A stretch of 64,000 bases of DNA from an uncultured Alphaproteobacteria bacterium (GTDB lineage: Bacteria; Pseudomonadota; Alphaproteobacteria; HIMB59; GCA-002718135). The notes beneath the pieces were generated by a model. That model had not been told where the DNA came from and did not search any database. It saw only the letters and a program-made list of their open reading frames with translations. Where the stretch lies: the NCBI GenBank assembly GCA_902620285.1, contig CACNHT010000001.1, positions 109,599-173,598 of the forward strand, written 5' to 3'. The position numbers and the translations under genes are program-made. How positions within the stretch are numbered: the first letter of the stretch is position 1; every line of letters begins with the position of its first letter. Below, in pieces: positions 53,212 to 62,480 of this stretch.

Positions 53212-54465
53212 TTAAGGTCTTTCCTGACCATTACCATTAACTACATATTTAAATGTAGTTAAATGTTTTGTTCCCACTGGTCCTCTTACATGTATTTTGT
53301 CTGTTGAGATTCCTATCTCAGCACCAAAACCAAATTCACCGCCATCTGCAAATTGTGTAGATGCATTTTTAAGTATTATTGCGCTGTCAATTTTATTATA
53401 AAATTTTTCAAAGGTTTTTTCACTCTCTGTAATTATACTTTCCGTATGTCCAGAAGAATAATCATTTATATGCTTAACCGCTTCATCAACTCCTGAAACA
53501 ATTTTTACTGATAAGATTTTATCTAAATATTCTAATGACCAATCTTCTTCACTTGCCGTTTTAAAATCACTATCTAAAGACTGAATATATTCATCGCCTC
53601 TAATTTCACAATTTACTTCTTTTAGAGGTTTTAATATTTTCATTGCTTCGTCTTTAATTTTTTCATCAATTAAAAGTGTTTCTGCAGCACCACAAATTTC
53701 AGGACGTCTCATTTTGCTATTAAAAACTACTTTTTCTGCAATGCTTAAATCAGCATCTTTATCTACATACACATGACATATACCGTCTAAATGTTTGATA
53801 ACGGGTATTTTGCTTGCTGAATTAATTTTTTCAATCAAACCTTTGCCGCCTCTAGGAATAATAACGTCAACATAATCTCTCATGTTTAGCAAATGATCAA
53901 CCGCTTCTCTTTCAGGTGTATTAATCATTTGGACACAATATTCAGGGAGGCCAGCTTCTGTGAAAGCATTTGTAATATTATTTACCAATTCCTTAGAGGA
54001 ATGAAAGCTATCACTACCACCTCTTAAAATTATACAATTACCAGATTTTATAGAAAGGCAAGACGCATCAACAGTGACGTTCGGTCTGGATTCATAAATC
54101 ACGCCTAATACACCAAGTGGTGTTGAAATTTTACGAAACTGCAAACCATTAGGTCTTTCCCATTTTTCTAATGTAATGCCAATTGGATCTGGTATTTCGA
54201 TTATATCTTCAATTGATGTAATCAATCCATCAATAGATTTTTCAGTTAATGTAAGTCTATTTATTAAAGGCTTAGCTAAAGATTTTTTTTCACCATTTTC
54301 TAAATCTATTTTATTAGCTTCAAGAATTTTATTTCTATTTTTATCTAAATTTTTAGTGAGTTTTTTTAAAGCAAGATTTTTTTGATCACTGCTACAGACT
54401 TTCATATTTAGAGAGGCAGATTTTGCTCTTTTGCCTAATTCAATAATATTATTTTCAATACTCAT
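53212..54465 (-). CDS. proA: gamma-glutamyl phosphate reductase
   Basis: 417 aa. ESRPNVT.DA, catalytic Cys context (E)(T/A)LL(I/V), aldehyde dehydrogenase fold. Confidence 0.95.
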   Translation of the reverse strand: MSIENNIIELGKRAKSASLNMKVCSSDQKNLALKKLTKNLDKNRNKILEANKIDLENGEKKSLAKPLINRLTLTEKSIDGLITSIEDIIEIPDPIGITLEKWERPNGLQFRKISTPLGVLGVIYESRPNVTVDASCLSIKSGNCIILRGGSDSFHSSKELVNNITNAFTEAGLPEYCVQMINTPEREAVDHLLNMRDYVDVIIPRGGKGLIEKINSASKIPVIKHLDGICHVYVDKDADLSIAEKVVFNSKMRRPEICGAAETLLIDEKIKDEAMKILKPLKEVNCEIRGDEYIQSLDSDFKTASEEDWSLEYLDKILSVKIVSGVDEAVKHINDYSSGHTESIITESEKTFEKFYNKIDSAIILKNASTQFADGGEFGFGAEIGISTDKIHVRGPVGTKHLTTFKYVVNGNGQERP

Positions 54466-55565
54466 GTAGAAAGCTTAACTAAATTATCTTTATGTACCAC
54501 TTCATCTCTTCCTTCGAAACCTAAAACTTTATAAATTTCTTTACTTTTCTTTCCAATAATTTTTTTTGCATCATTAAAATCATAAGCAGATATGCCTATT
54601 GCTACCTTTTGACCATTCTCAACTAAGATAGATATTACATCGCCTCTTTTAAACCTTCCCTTGATATCTATTACACCTGCAGGAAGAAGACTTTTATTTT
54701 TTAAAATTGCATTTTTAGCTCCTGAATCAATAATAATGGATCCTGATGGTTTTAAATGATTTAATAACCATTTCTTTTTGGACGAGTTAGTAGAAGTTAA
54801 GGGATAAAAAATTGTTGAATTTTTTTTATTAATATCACTGATTGGTTTGTTTTTATCACTATTAGTGATTATCGTAGCACAACCATTTTCAGCACTTATC
54901 TTTGCCGCTAAAATTTTTGTGGCCATTCCTCCACTTCCTAGCTCAGAAGATTGATAATTTCCAAGTTCTTCAATTTTTTTATCAATTTTAAATACCTCTG
55001 AAATTTTTTTTACATCCTTATCTTTTTTTGGATTACCTTGATATAACCCATCAATATCACTTAATAAAATTAATAAATCCGCTTCAATCATCTGTGCTAC
55101 TCGTGCTGCCAATCTATCATTATCACCATAGCGAATTTCCTCAGTAGCAACAGTGTCATTTTCATTAATGATTGGGATTATGTTTTTGCTTTGTAATGAT
55201 GATATTGTATTTCTAGCATTTAAATATCGTCGCCTTTCTTCACTATCTTCTAATGTTAATAAAATTTGAGAAACACCTATCTTGTATTTTCCTAGTTTAT
55301 TTCGCCATTGATGGGCTAATTCAATTTGACCAACTGAAGCTGCTGCCTGTTTATCTTCTAATTTTCTTAACTTTGTATTTGAAATACTTTTCGCACCTAA
55401 AGCAATAGCGCCAGAACACACAATCACAATTTTTTTTGTTTTATTCAATTCCGCAATGTCTTTACATAAATTATCTAACCACTTAGATTTGATCTTTTTT
55501 GTTTTCGAATCAATAATTGAATTTGAACCAATTTTAACAACTACTTTTTTATATTTTTTAATCAT
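54462..55565 (-). CDS. proB: glutamate 5-kinase
   Basis: K.(V)V(V)K(I)GS..(I/L) N-terminus from ATG 55565. The ORF is open to 55598, so the start is uncertain. (S)SGA(I)A.G, NENDTVA, FGDND.L(A/S)A, C-terminal PUA domain. Confidence 0.9.
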   Translation of the reverse strand: MIKKYKKVVVKIGSNSIIDSKTKKIKSKWLDNLCKDIAELNKTKKIVIVCSGAIALGAKSISNTKLRKLEDKQAAASVGQIELAHQWRNKLGKYKIGVSQILLTLEDSEERRRYLNARNTISSLQSKNIIPIINENDTVATEEIRYGDNDRLAARVAQMIEADLLILLSDIDGLYQGNPKKDKDVKKISEVFKIDKKIEELGNYQSSELGSGGMATKILAAKISAENGCATIITNSDKNKPISDINKKNSTIFYPLTSTNSSKKKWLLNHLKPSGSIIIDSGAKNAILKNKSLLPAGVIDIKGRFKRGDVISILVENGQKVAIGISAYDFNDAKKIIGKKSKEIYKVLGFEGRDEVVHKDNLVKLST

Positions 55566-56550
55566 TTGTGATTTCATTATATTTGAATAAATAATCAATT
55601 AGATCATCAATACCTTCATTATTAAAACTTGATATAAAAAGAATATCAGAATTTAACTTTTGATTGATCTTAATTTTTTTTTCCTCTAAATTTTCATTGA
55701 GTAAATCAACTTTGGTTAAAACAATTATTTCTTTTTTTGCAGATACTTTTTCACTATATTTTAAAATTTCGTTTCTTACTGTAATATAGTTTTCGTACCA
55801 ATTGTCGTCATTTATATCTACTAAATGAAGTAAATATTTACATCTCTCAATATGTGCTAAAAATTTATCTCCCAAACCTTTTCCCTCATGCGCACCTTCA
55901 ATCAACCCTGGGATATCTGCTAATACAATTTCTTTATCAAAGCGCTTCACGGTACCAAGTACAGGATGTAAGGTTGTAAATGGATAATCCCCAATTTTTG
56001 GGTTAGCATTAGAAATTGTCGATAACAGAGTTGATTTACCTGCATTAGGTAAGCCTATTACTCCTATATCTGCAAATAATTTTAGCGATAACCATATCCA
56101 TCTTTCTTCTCCTAATTCACCTTTTGTAAATTTTCTTGGAGCCTGGTTAACTGATGATTTAAAATGATTATTTCCTAAACCGCCATTACCACCTTTTAAT
56201 AAAATGTATTCTTCATCAATTTTTGTTAAATCAGTTAGCAATACCGTTTTATCTTCATTGTAAATTTCTGTTCCAGGTGGAACTTTAATAACCATGTTGC
56301 TTCCATTTGCTCCTGTTTGATTTTTTCCCCTTCCATTTCGACCTTTTTTTGCTTTAAAATGTTGTTGGTATCTAAAATCAATTAGTGTGTTTAAATTATC
56401 ATCCACTTTAAAAATAATATTTCCACCTTTGCCTCCATCGCCTCCATTAGGACCACCAAACTCAATATATTTTTCCCTACGAAAACTAGCGCAGCCATCT
56501 CCACCATTGCCTGATGCAATATATATTTTTGCTTGGTCTAAAAATTTCAT
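55558..56550 (-). CDS. obgE: GTPase Obg/CgtA
   Basis: 330 aa. MKF(L/V)D.A.I....G.GG.G..SFRREK(Y/F)...GGP.GGDGG.GG, G(L/F)PNAGKST(L), DIPG(L)IEGA. Confidence 0.95.
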   Translation of the reverse strand: MKFLDQAKIYIASGNGGDGCASFRREKYIEFGGPNGGDGGKGGNIIFKVDDNLNTLIDFRYQQHFKAKKGRNGRGKNQTGANGSNMVIKVPPGTEIYNEDKTVLLTDLTKIDEEYILLKGGNGGLGNNHFKSSVNQAPRKFTKGELGEERWIWLSLKLFADIGVIGLPNAGKSTLLSTISNANPKIGDYPFTTLHPVLGTVKRFDKEIVLADIPGLIEGAHEGKGLGDKFLAHIERCKYLLHLVDINDDNWYENYITVRNEILKYSEKVSAKKEIIVLTKVDLLNENLEEKKIKINQKLNSDILFISSFNNEGIDDLIDYLFKYNEITND

Positions 56551-56573
56551 AATAAATTTTTAATTAATTGGGA

Positions 56574-56831
56574 TTATTGTTCTGTGGGAACAACTGATAC
56601 AAAAGTTCTTACTCTTGTTTTTTTAAAAGTTACTTTTCCATTTATTGTAGCAAATATTGTGTGATCTTTACCTATGCCAACATTATCACCTGGATGAAAC
56701 TTTGTGCCTCGTTGCCTAATAATAATGTTTCCTGCTATTACGTTTTCACCGCCAAATTTCTTAACTCCAAGTCTTCGACCCGCCGAGTCTCTTCCATTCC
56801 TAGAACTACCACCTGCTTTTTTTGTTGCCAT
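56574..56831 (-). CDS. rpmA: 50S ribosomal protein L27
   Basis: 85 aa. MA(T/H)KKAGGSS.NGRDS...RLGVK.(F/Y)GG..V.AG.I(I/L).RQRGTK(F). Confidence 0.95.
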   Translation of the reverse strand: MATKKAGGSSRNGRDSAGRRLGVKKFGGENVIAGNIIIRQRGTKFHPGDNVGIGKDHTIFATINGKVTFKKTRVRTFVSVVPTEQ

Positions 56832-57352
56832 TATTTATCTTCTTTTTTAGTTTTAACTGTTTTTTTAACAGTTTTCTTTACTGATTTTTTCTTAGTAGGT
56901 GAAGTTTTATTTACTGCTTTTTTTGTAATTGTCTTCTTTTTTGCAACTTTTACCTCTTTAGACTCAATTTTTTCTTTACTAACTTTAGTTTCAGTTTTTT
57001 TAACTTTTTTTGTTTCAGGTTCAGCAGTGGACTTTTTTCCGCCATAAGAAATTGATTCTATTCTTAATACGGTTAGATATTGTCTATGACCTTGTGTTAG
57101 TCTGTAATTTTGTCTTTTTCTTTTTTTAAAAACTATTATTTTTTTATCTCTGATTTGATCAACAATTTTTGCTTCAATTGAAGCATCTTTTAGTAATGGC
57201 TCGCCTAAGTTATTTGTGCTTTGATCACTGATCGCTAATACATCAGTAATAGACACTTTATCACCTTTGGATCCCTCAAGTTTTTCTACTTTAAGTATCT
57301 GACCAGCTCTTGCTGAGTATTGCTTTCCACCAGTTTTGAAAATTGCTAACAT
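56831..57352 (-). CDS. rplU: 50S ribosomal protein L21 with Lys-rich C-terminal tail
   Basis: M(L/Y)A(I/V)(F/I).(T/S)GGKQY core of about 103 aa, followed by about 70 aa of K/T/V/E-rich low complexity. TAATG overlap with rpmA. Confidence 0.9.
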   Translation of the reverse strand: MLAIFKTGGKQYSARAGQILKVEKLEGSKGDKVSITDVLAISDQSTNNLGEPLLKDASIEAKIVDQIRDKKIIVFKKRKRQNYRLTQGHRQYLTVLRIESISYGGKKSTAEPETKKVKKTETKVSKEKIESKEVKVAKKKTITKKAVNKTSPTKKKSVKKTVKKTVKTKKEDK

Positions 57353-57432
57353 ATCTTTTGATGCCGGGGTTTATAGTGAACTATGTGAATAGTCAAATTA
57401 AAAATATGGCGTAAATACTGGAAATATAGAAC

Positions 57433-58185
57433 TTAAAAGCTATCCTTTGCTTTTCGCAAATAAGCAAACAATTCAAAGTCTGTAAAACATAACTCTTTCT
57501 TAATTATAGTACCTAATTTTGAATTTTGATTCAGGAATAAGTTATAGCGTTGTTCATCTCCTAATAAAAAAGGCACGGATTTTCCTTTATTATTTAAATC
57601 ATCATTAATTTTATTTCTAACCGTCAAATAAACATCCTCTTTTTTAAGTATTTTTTCAAGAAAATTTAAATTGTTTAAAGTATATTCATGACCACAATAA
57701 ATAATTGTATTTTTATCAAATTCATTAATTTTTTGTAAACTGTTAAACATTTCATTTAATGTTCCTTCAAACACACGACCACAACCAAGTCTGAACAGTG
57801 TATCACCACAAAATAAAATACCATTGTTTTCATCATAGTAAATTATATGATCTAATGTATGCCCGGGTGTTTTTATTATTCTAAATGTATTTAAGCAGGA
57901 GTTGACTTCATCTCCATCACGTAAAACGAATCTTGTATTTTCAATCTGAGCACTTGGAGAGTGTATATTAACTTCTGGAAAAGCTTTAAGTATTCCTTTT
58001 ACACCTGATGTGTGATCTTTATGATGATGTGTAATAAATATATCTTCTATGGTTAAATTGTTTTCAAGAGCAAAATTTAATATAGGATTACTATCAGCAG
58101 GATCTATAATACAGCTCTTAAGTGTGTCATTATATAAAACAAAAGAGTAGTTATCTTTTAATTGATTTATAATTTCAACTTTCAT
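57433..58185 (-). CDS. gloB: hydroxyacylglutathione hydrolase (glyoxalase II)
   Basis: 250 aa. THHH.DH(T/V).G metallo-beta-lactamase motif, (T)PGHT..H, CGHEYT..N(L).F. Confidence 0.85.
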   Translation of the reverse strand: MKVEIINQLKDNYSFVLYNDTLKSCIIDPADSNPILNFALENNLTIEDIFITHHHKDHTSGVKGILKAFPEVNIHSPSAQIENTRFVLRDGDEVNSCLNTFRIIKTPGHTLDHIIYYDENNGILFCGDTLFRLGCGRVFEGTLNEMFNSLQKINEFDKNTIIYCGHEYTLNNLNFLEKILKKEDVYLTVRNKINDDLNNKGKSVPFLLGDEQRYNLFLNQNSKLGTIIKKELCFTDFELFAYLRKAKDSF

Positions 58186-58192
58186 CTAATAA

Positions 58193-58876
58193 CTAATTTG
58201 CAATAACAGAATTTTTTGCAAAAACTTTTTTTGAAGATTTAATTTTTATTGGTTCAAAATTTTTATAACTTAATAAAAAGATAGCTTCGTGAGTGAAAAA
58301 ATTAACTCCAGTAACTGATTCACTTATATCAAATTGCTTACCTTTTGATGTTAATCCAATACTTTTTTCAATCACAATATTCATTTCATTACACAAATTC
58401 AAAAAATCCTTAATTGTAAAAAAATGAATGTTAGGTGTGTCATACCATGTATAAGGTAAACTTTCTGTTACTGGCATTCTTCCAGATATTAAAAGCTGTA
58501 ATCTTATTTTCCAATGTCCAAAGTTAGGAAAAGAAACTATTGCTTTTGATCCTATTCTTAATAATTCAGACAGAATATCTTTAGGTTTCATCATTGCTTG
58601 TAAAGTTTGACTTAAAATTACATAATCAAAACTATTATTTGAATATTGGGATAAATCCAATTCGGCATTTCCATGTACAACATTGAAACCTCTTGCAATA
58701 GCATTTGCAGCTAGATCTCTATTTAATTCAATGCCATGAGTTATCGCATTACGATTATTTGCTAATTGTTCCATAAGACCGCCATCACCACATCCAATAT
58801 CTAGGATTTTTCTATCTTCTGCGATAAGTGTTTCAATAAGAGACCAATCTTTTCTTATGCTATTAATTTTATTCAT
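58193..58876 (-). CDS. metW: methionine biosynthesis protein MetW
   Basis: 227 aa. SAM-MTase-like (I)LD(I/L)GCGDG.L(M/L)..L, position 3' of metX with an 8-nt overlap. Confidence 0.85.
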   Translation of the reverse strand: MNKINSIRKDWSLIETLIAEDRKILDIGCGDGGLMEQLANNRNAITHGIELNRDLAANAIARGFNVVHGNAELDLSQYSNNSFDYVILSQTLQAMMKPKDILSELLRIGSKAIVSFPNFGHWKIRLQLLISGRMPVTESLPYTWYDTPNIHFFTIKDFLNLCNEMNIVIEKSIGLTSKGKQFDISESVTGVNFFTHEAIFLLSYKNFEPIKIKSSKKVFAKNSVIAN

Positions 58877-60017
58877 CTATTTTCGCAAAGTTGTTTGTTA
58901 GGAAACCTTTTATTACATCATCTAACTGTGGTTCCTCTAATAAAAAACTATCATGTCCTTTATCAGTATCAATTTCTAGAAAGCTTACTTCTCTTGATAG
59001 AGAATTTAATTGATTTACAATCATTTTACTTTCTATAGTAGGGAATAACCAATCCGAGGTAAATGAGACAATTAAATATTTTAAATGGTTATTTGGATTA
59101 TGACTAAACTCAATATTTTTTCTAAATGTTTCATCATGATCAAAATAATCCATAGCCCTTGTTAAATAAAGATATGAATTTGCATCAAATCTTTCAACAA
59201 ATGATTTACCTTGATATCTCAGATAACTCTCAACTTGAAAATCAGCATCAAATCCAAAAGAAATAATATCTCTTGATTGAAGTTTTCTTCCAAATTTTCT
59301 ATGCATCGCATTTTCAGATAAATATGTGATATGCGCAATCATTCTTGCTACTGATAGACCTCTTTCTGGCACCTCATTATTTTCAAAATACTTTCCATTT
59401 TTCCAAATAGGATCACTCATTATTGCTTGTCGCCCAACTTCATGAAATGCAATATTTTGAGCCGAATGTTTTAACGCGCCCGCGATATGTATTATATTTA
59501 AAATTTTATCTGGAAAATCGATTGCCCATTGAAGCGCTTGCATTGCTCCCATCGAACCACCAATGACAGAAAATAACTTCTCTATTTTTAAACTTTCAAT
59601 CAATAAAGATTGAGCCTTCACCATATCTTTTATTGTTATGGAAGGAAAATTACCACCATATGCAACATCACTTCCATTTTGTAACTCTTTAGGACCTGTT
59701 GAGCCAGAACAACCGCCGAGTACATTTGAGCAAATTACAAAAAATTTGTTTGTATCAATTGGTTTATTAGGCCCAACCATTCTAGACCACCAACCTTCTC
59801 TCCCAGTAATGGGATTATTCCCAGCAACATATTGATCTCCAGTTAAAGCATGGCAAACAAGAATAGCATTAGTTTTATCAGCATTTAATTTGCCATATGT
59901 TTTGAATGCTAGTTTAAAACTATCTATTATATCTCCTGATTCTAGTTTTAAATTAATATTCTCGAAATAGGCTATTTCGCTTTCAAGTTTTGTGTCAGTA
60001 GTAAATTTTGTTTTCAT
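58869..60017 (-). CDS. metX: homoserine O-acetyltransferase
   Basis: 382 aa. NA(I/V)L(V/I)CHALTGD, (I)GGSMG(A/G)MQAL.W nucleophile elbow, (S)D.LFP, GHD(S/A)FL. Confidence 0.95.
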   Translation of the reverse strand: MKTKFTTDTKLESEIAYFENINLKLESGDIIDSFKLAFKTYGKLNADKTNAILVCHALTGDQYVAGNNPITGREGWWSRMVGPNKPIDTNKFFVICSNVLGGCSGSTGPKELQNGSDVAYGGNFPSITIKDMVKAQSLLIESLKIEKLFSVIGGSMGAMQALQWAIDFPDKILNIIHIAGALKHSAQNIAFHEVGRQAIMSDPIWKNGKYFENNEVPERGLSVARMIAHITYLSENAMHRKFGRKLQSRDIISFGFDADFQVESYLRYQGKSFVERFDANSYLYLTRAMDYFDHDETFRKNIEFSHNPNNHLKYLIVSFTSDWLFPTIESKMIVNQLNSLSREVSFLEIDTDKGHDSFLLEEPQLDDVIKGFLTNNFAKIDE

Positions 60018-60040
60018 ATCTTTTTAGTCTAACACTATTT

Positions 60041-60120
60041 GAAAGAATGAAGGAGGAGTGTAAACGCTTTAGCTGATTATTGCTCCACCCGCAAGCTGTC
60101 TCAAATCGGTGATAATCGGT
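60041..60120 (-). promoter_or_regulatory. candidate SAM-II/SAM-V-like pseudoknot leader plus terminator-like hairpin upstream of metX
   Basis: GC-enriched leader. On the minus strand an H-type ordering of 4-bp helices:
- GAUU (60107-04) and GCUU (60096-93)
- AAUC (60078-75) and AAGC within AAAGC (60070-66)
Then GGGUGGAG (60090-83) / CUCCUCC (60058-52), followed by the U-rich UUCAUUCUUUC. Context: methionine genes of alphaproteobacteria commonly carry SAM-II. Confidence 0.3.
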
Positions 60121-60226
60121 CTTATATTTATATATCTTTCTAAGTCAATAAATCGTCATTTTTTACATTAAATACTACTTTATTTTGATTTATCGTAAGA
60201 TAGTTTGTAAAGAAACGTCCAAAATT

Positions 60227-61576
60227 ATGAAAAATAAAGAATTAGACAATTTAAGAAGCAAAATTAATAACATTGATGATGAAATTTTATCTTTATTATC
60301 TAATCGATCTAAAATTGTTTTAGAAATAGGAAAACACAAAAAAGATAATTCAGTTGTTGATCTAGATAGAGAACAAAAAATTCTCGACAGATTAAGCTCT
60401 AAATTTACAGGATCTTATCCGAAAGATACTATTGTTAGACTTTGGAGAGAAATTTTTCAATCTTCTGAAAAACTTCAGAAGTTAACTAAAGAAAATATTC
60501 AGTCAAAAAGATCTATAGAAAACATTAATGTTTATAAAGGTGGTAAGGCAAAGTTAAATAACAATAAAAGAATTATTAAACTTTCTTCAAATGAAAATCC
60601 CTATGGTGCTTCACCGAAAGCAATTGAATTGTTAGAAACAAAAAATATTAATCATGATTTACATAGATACCCAGAAATTGATGGATCATCATTAAGAGAA
60701 GCAATAGCTAAAAATTTTTCTATTGATAGTAATAGAATTATTCTTGGCTCTGGCTCAGATGAAGTTTTATTATTTGCAGCTTTGGCATTTTGTCAAGATG
60801 GCGATGAAATTCTCCACGCAAACCATGGCTTTGAGATGTATTCAATTGTGAGTAAAGTAGTTGGTGCAGTTCCAAAAAAAATTAAGGAAGATGTAAATTT
60901 CAATTTAAATATTGAAAATCTCATAGATCAAACAAATGACGCTACTAAAGTAATTTATATTGCATCACCTAATAATCCAACTGGAACTTATTTGTCTAGA
61001 GATCAACTTGTTAAATTAATGAATAGTATTTCTAAAAATATTATAGTTGTTATAGACGGTGCATATGTCGAATATGTGCAAAATGACGATTATGATAAAG
61101 GATTTAGTTTAACGGATGAATATGAGAATATTATTTTAACAAGAACATTTTCAAAAACATATGGACTCGCAGCTTTAAGAGTAGGCTGGTGTTATACTAG
61201 TCAAAAAATAACTGATATAATTAATAAAATAAAACCTCCTTTTAATACGACAACTATTTCACAGTCTCTTGCAATTAAAGCTTTGGAGGATAAAGAACAC
61301 ATTGAAAACTCTGTTAAATTAAATTCTGAAATTAAAGATTGGTTTGAAAAAGAGCTCAAACTTCTAAATATTAAAACTAGACAAACTGAAGGAAATTTTA
61401 CTTTAATTGAAACTTCAGAAGAAGAAGCTGAGAAAATTAGTAATCATCTTATGAATGATGGCATTATTATAAGGCGTTTAAATAGTTATAATCTGCCCAA
61501 TTTTCTGAGAATTAGTATTGGTACAAAAGAAGAAATGAATTTGACAGTTGAAAGTTTGAAGAAATTTAATGTCTAA
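60227..61576 (+). CDS. bifunctional chorismate mutase / HisC-family (class II) aminotransferase
   Basis: The N-terminal ~90 aa has the AroQ chorismate mutase pattern (L..LR..ID.ID.(E)(I/L)L.LL..R). The remainder has LS(S)NENP.G, NPNNPTG and (F)SK.YGLA(A)LR(V)G(W/Y) with the PLP Lys. ATG 60227 is preferred to TTG 60185. Confidence 0.8.
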   Translation: MKNKELDNLRSKINNIDDEILSLLSNRSKIVLEIGKHKKDNSVVDLDREQKILDRLSSKFTGSYPKDTIVRLWREIFQSSEKLQKLTKENIQSKRSIENINVYKGGKAKLNNNKRIIKLSSNENPYGASPKAIELLETKNINHDLHRYPEIDGSSLREAIAKNFSIDSNRIILGSGSDEVLLFAALAFCQDGDEILHANHGFEMYSIVSKVVGAVPKKIKEDVNFNLNIENLIDQTNDATKVIYIASPNNPTGTYLSRDQLVKLMNSISKNIIVVIDGAYVEYVQNDDYDKGFSLTDEYENIILTRTFSKTYGLAALRVGWCYTSQKITDIINKIKPPFNTTTISQSLAIKALEDKEHIENSVKLNSEIKDWFEKELKLLNIKTRQTEGNFTLIETSEEEAEKISNHLMNDGIIIRRLNSYNLPNFLRISIGTKEEMNLTVESLKKFNV

Positions 61577-62480
61577 AAAAACTTATGATTCAGCTCTGGT
61601 CATTGGTATGGGATTAATTGGATCATCCATAGCGAGGGCGCTCAAGGAAAAACAATTATCAAAAAAAATTTTTGCTATTGATAAGGACAGTGAGGTATTA
61701 AGTATTTCAAAAAATTTAAACCTTGTGGATGCAATAGAGAGTGATTTAAATAAATATAATCAACAATTTGATATTATTTTTATTTGTACACCGTTGAGTT
61801 CATATAGGGATATATTTAAGCAATTGAATAGCTATGTTAATGAAACAACTCTAGTAACAGATGTTGGTTCAACAAAAGTAAGTGTTATAGAAGATTTTAA
61901 AGAATCAATTAATAATAAAAAAATTTTATTTGTTCCTGCCCACCCTATTGCTGGATTAGAGAAAAGTGGACCAGAATTTGGTTTCGCAAAGCTGTTTGAG
62001 AATAGGTATTGTATTTTGACCCCTATAGAAACTCAGAGTGAGATAACAAGATCAGTTTCAGATATTTGGGAGTCATTCGGAATGAATATAGAAATCATGG
62101 AACCTAAACGTCATGACAGAGTACTAGCTATGACATCTCATATTCCACAACTCATTGCATATTCTGTCGTAGGAACTGCAACAGAGCTTGAATCTCAAAT
62201 GAAAGATGAAGTAATTAAATATTCAGCTGCTGGTTTTAGAGATTTCACAAGATTGGCAGGTAGTGATCCAGTAATGTGGCGTGATGTTTATGAAAAAAAT
62301 AAAGAAGCCGTTTTAGAAATGCTTGGTCGTTTCAGTGAAGATCTACTTACTTATCAAAAAGCAATAAGAAATAATGATTTAAAATATTTGGAAGAAAAAT
62401 TTATAAAATCAAAAGAAATTAGAAAAATTATTGAAGAGATTGGTCAAGCAGGAACTTTTGATCCCACAGAAAAGAATTAG
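61569..62480 (+). CDS. tyrC: prephenate/arogenate dehydrogenase
   Basis: 303 aa. (I/V)(I)G.GLIG(S/G)S.A.A Rossmann motif, (G)(A/S)HP(I/M)AG.E.SG, SH.P(Q/H)(L)(I/V)A. 8-nt overlap with the upstream gene. Confidence 0.85.
   Translation: MSKKTYDSALVIGMGLIGSSIARALKEKQLSKKIFAIDKDSEVLSISKNLNLVDAIESDLNKYNQQFDIIFICTPLSSYRDIFKQLNSYVNETTLVTDVGSTKVSVIEDFKESINNKKILFVPAHPIAGLEKSGPEFGFAKLFENRYCILTPIETQSEITRSVSDIWESFGMNIEIMEPKRHDRVLAMTSHIPQLIAYSVVGTATELESQMKDEVIKYSAAGFRDFTRLAGSDPVMWRDVYEKNKEAVLEMLGRFSEDLLTYQKAIRNNDLKYLEEKFIKSKEIRKIIEEIGQAGTFDPTEKN

Noticed and set aside
56661-57047. 128-aa plus-strand ORF overlapping rpmA and rplU.
   Set aside because: It is the antisense shadow of the Lys-rich (AAA/AAG) L21 tail, giving Phe/Leu-rich nonsense. 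Both ribosomal protein genes are unambiguous.
57370-57396. TTGACT-N15-TATAAA on the minus strand upstream of rplU, considered as a sigma-70 promoter.
   Set aside because: The 15-nt spacer is suboptimal and such matches are common at this composition. It is plausible but not supportable from sequence alone.
60051-60058. Strong Shine-Dalgarno-like AGGAGGAG on the plus strand in the metX/aminotransferase spacer.
   Set aside because: The only nearby start (GTG 60058) is followed immediately by TAA, so there is no plus-strand ORF. The motif makes sense as the complement of the CUCCUCC strand of the metX leader hairpin.
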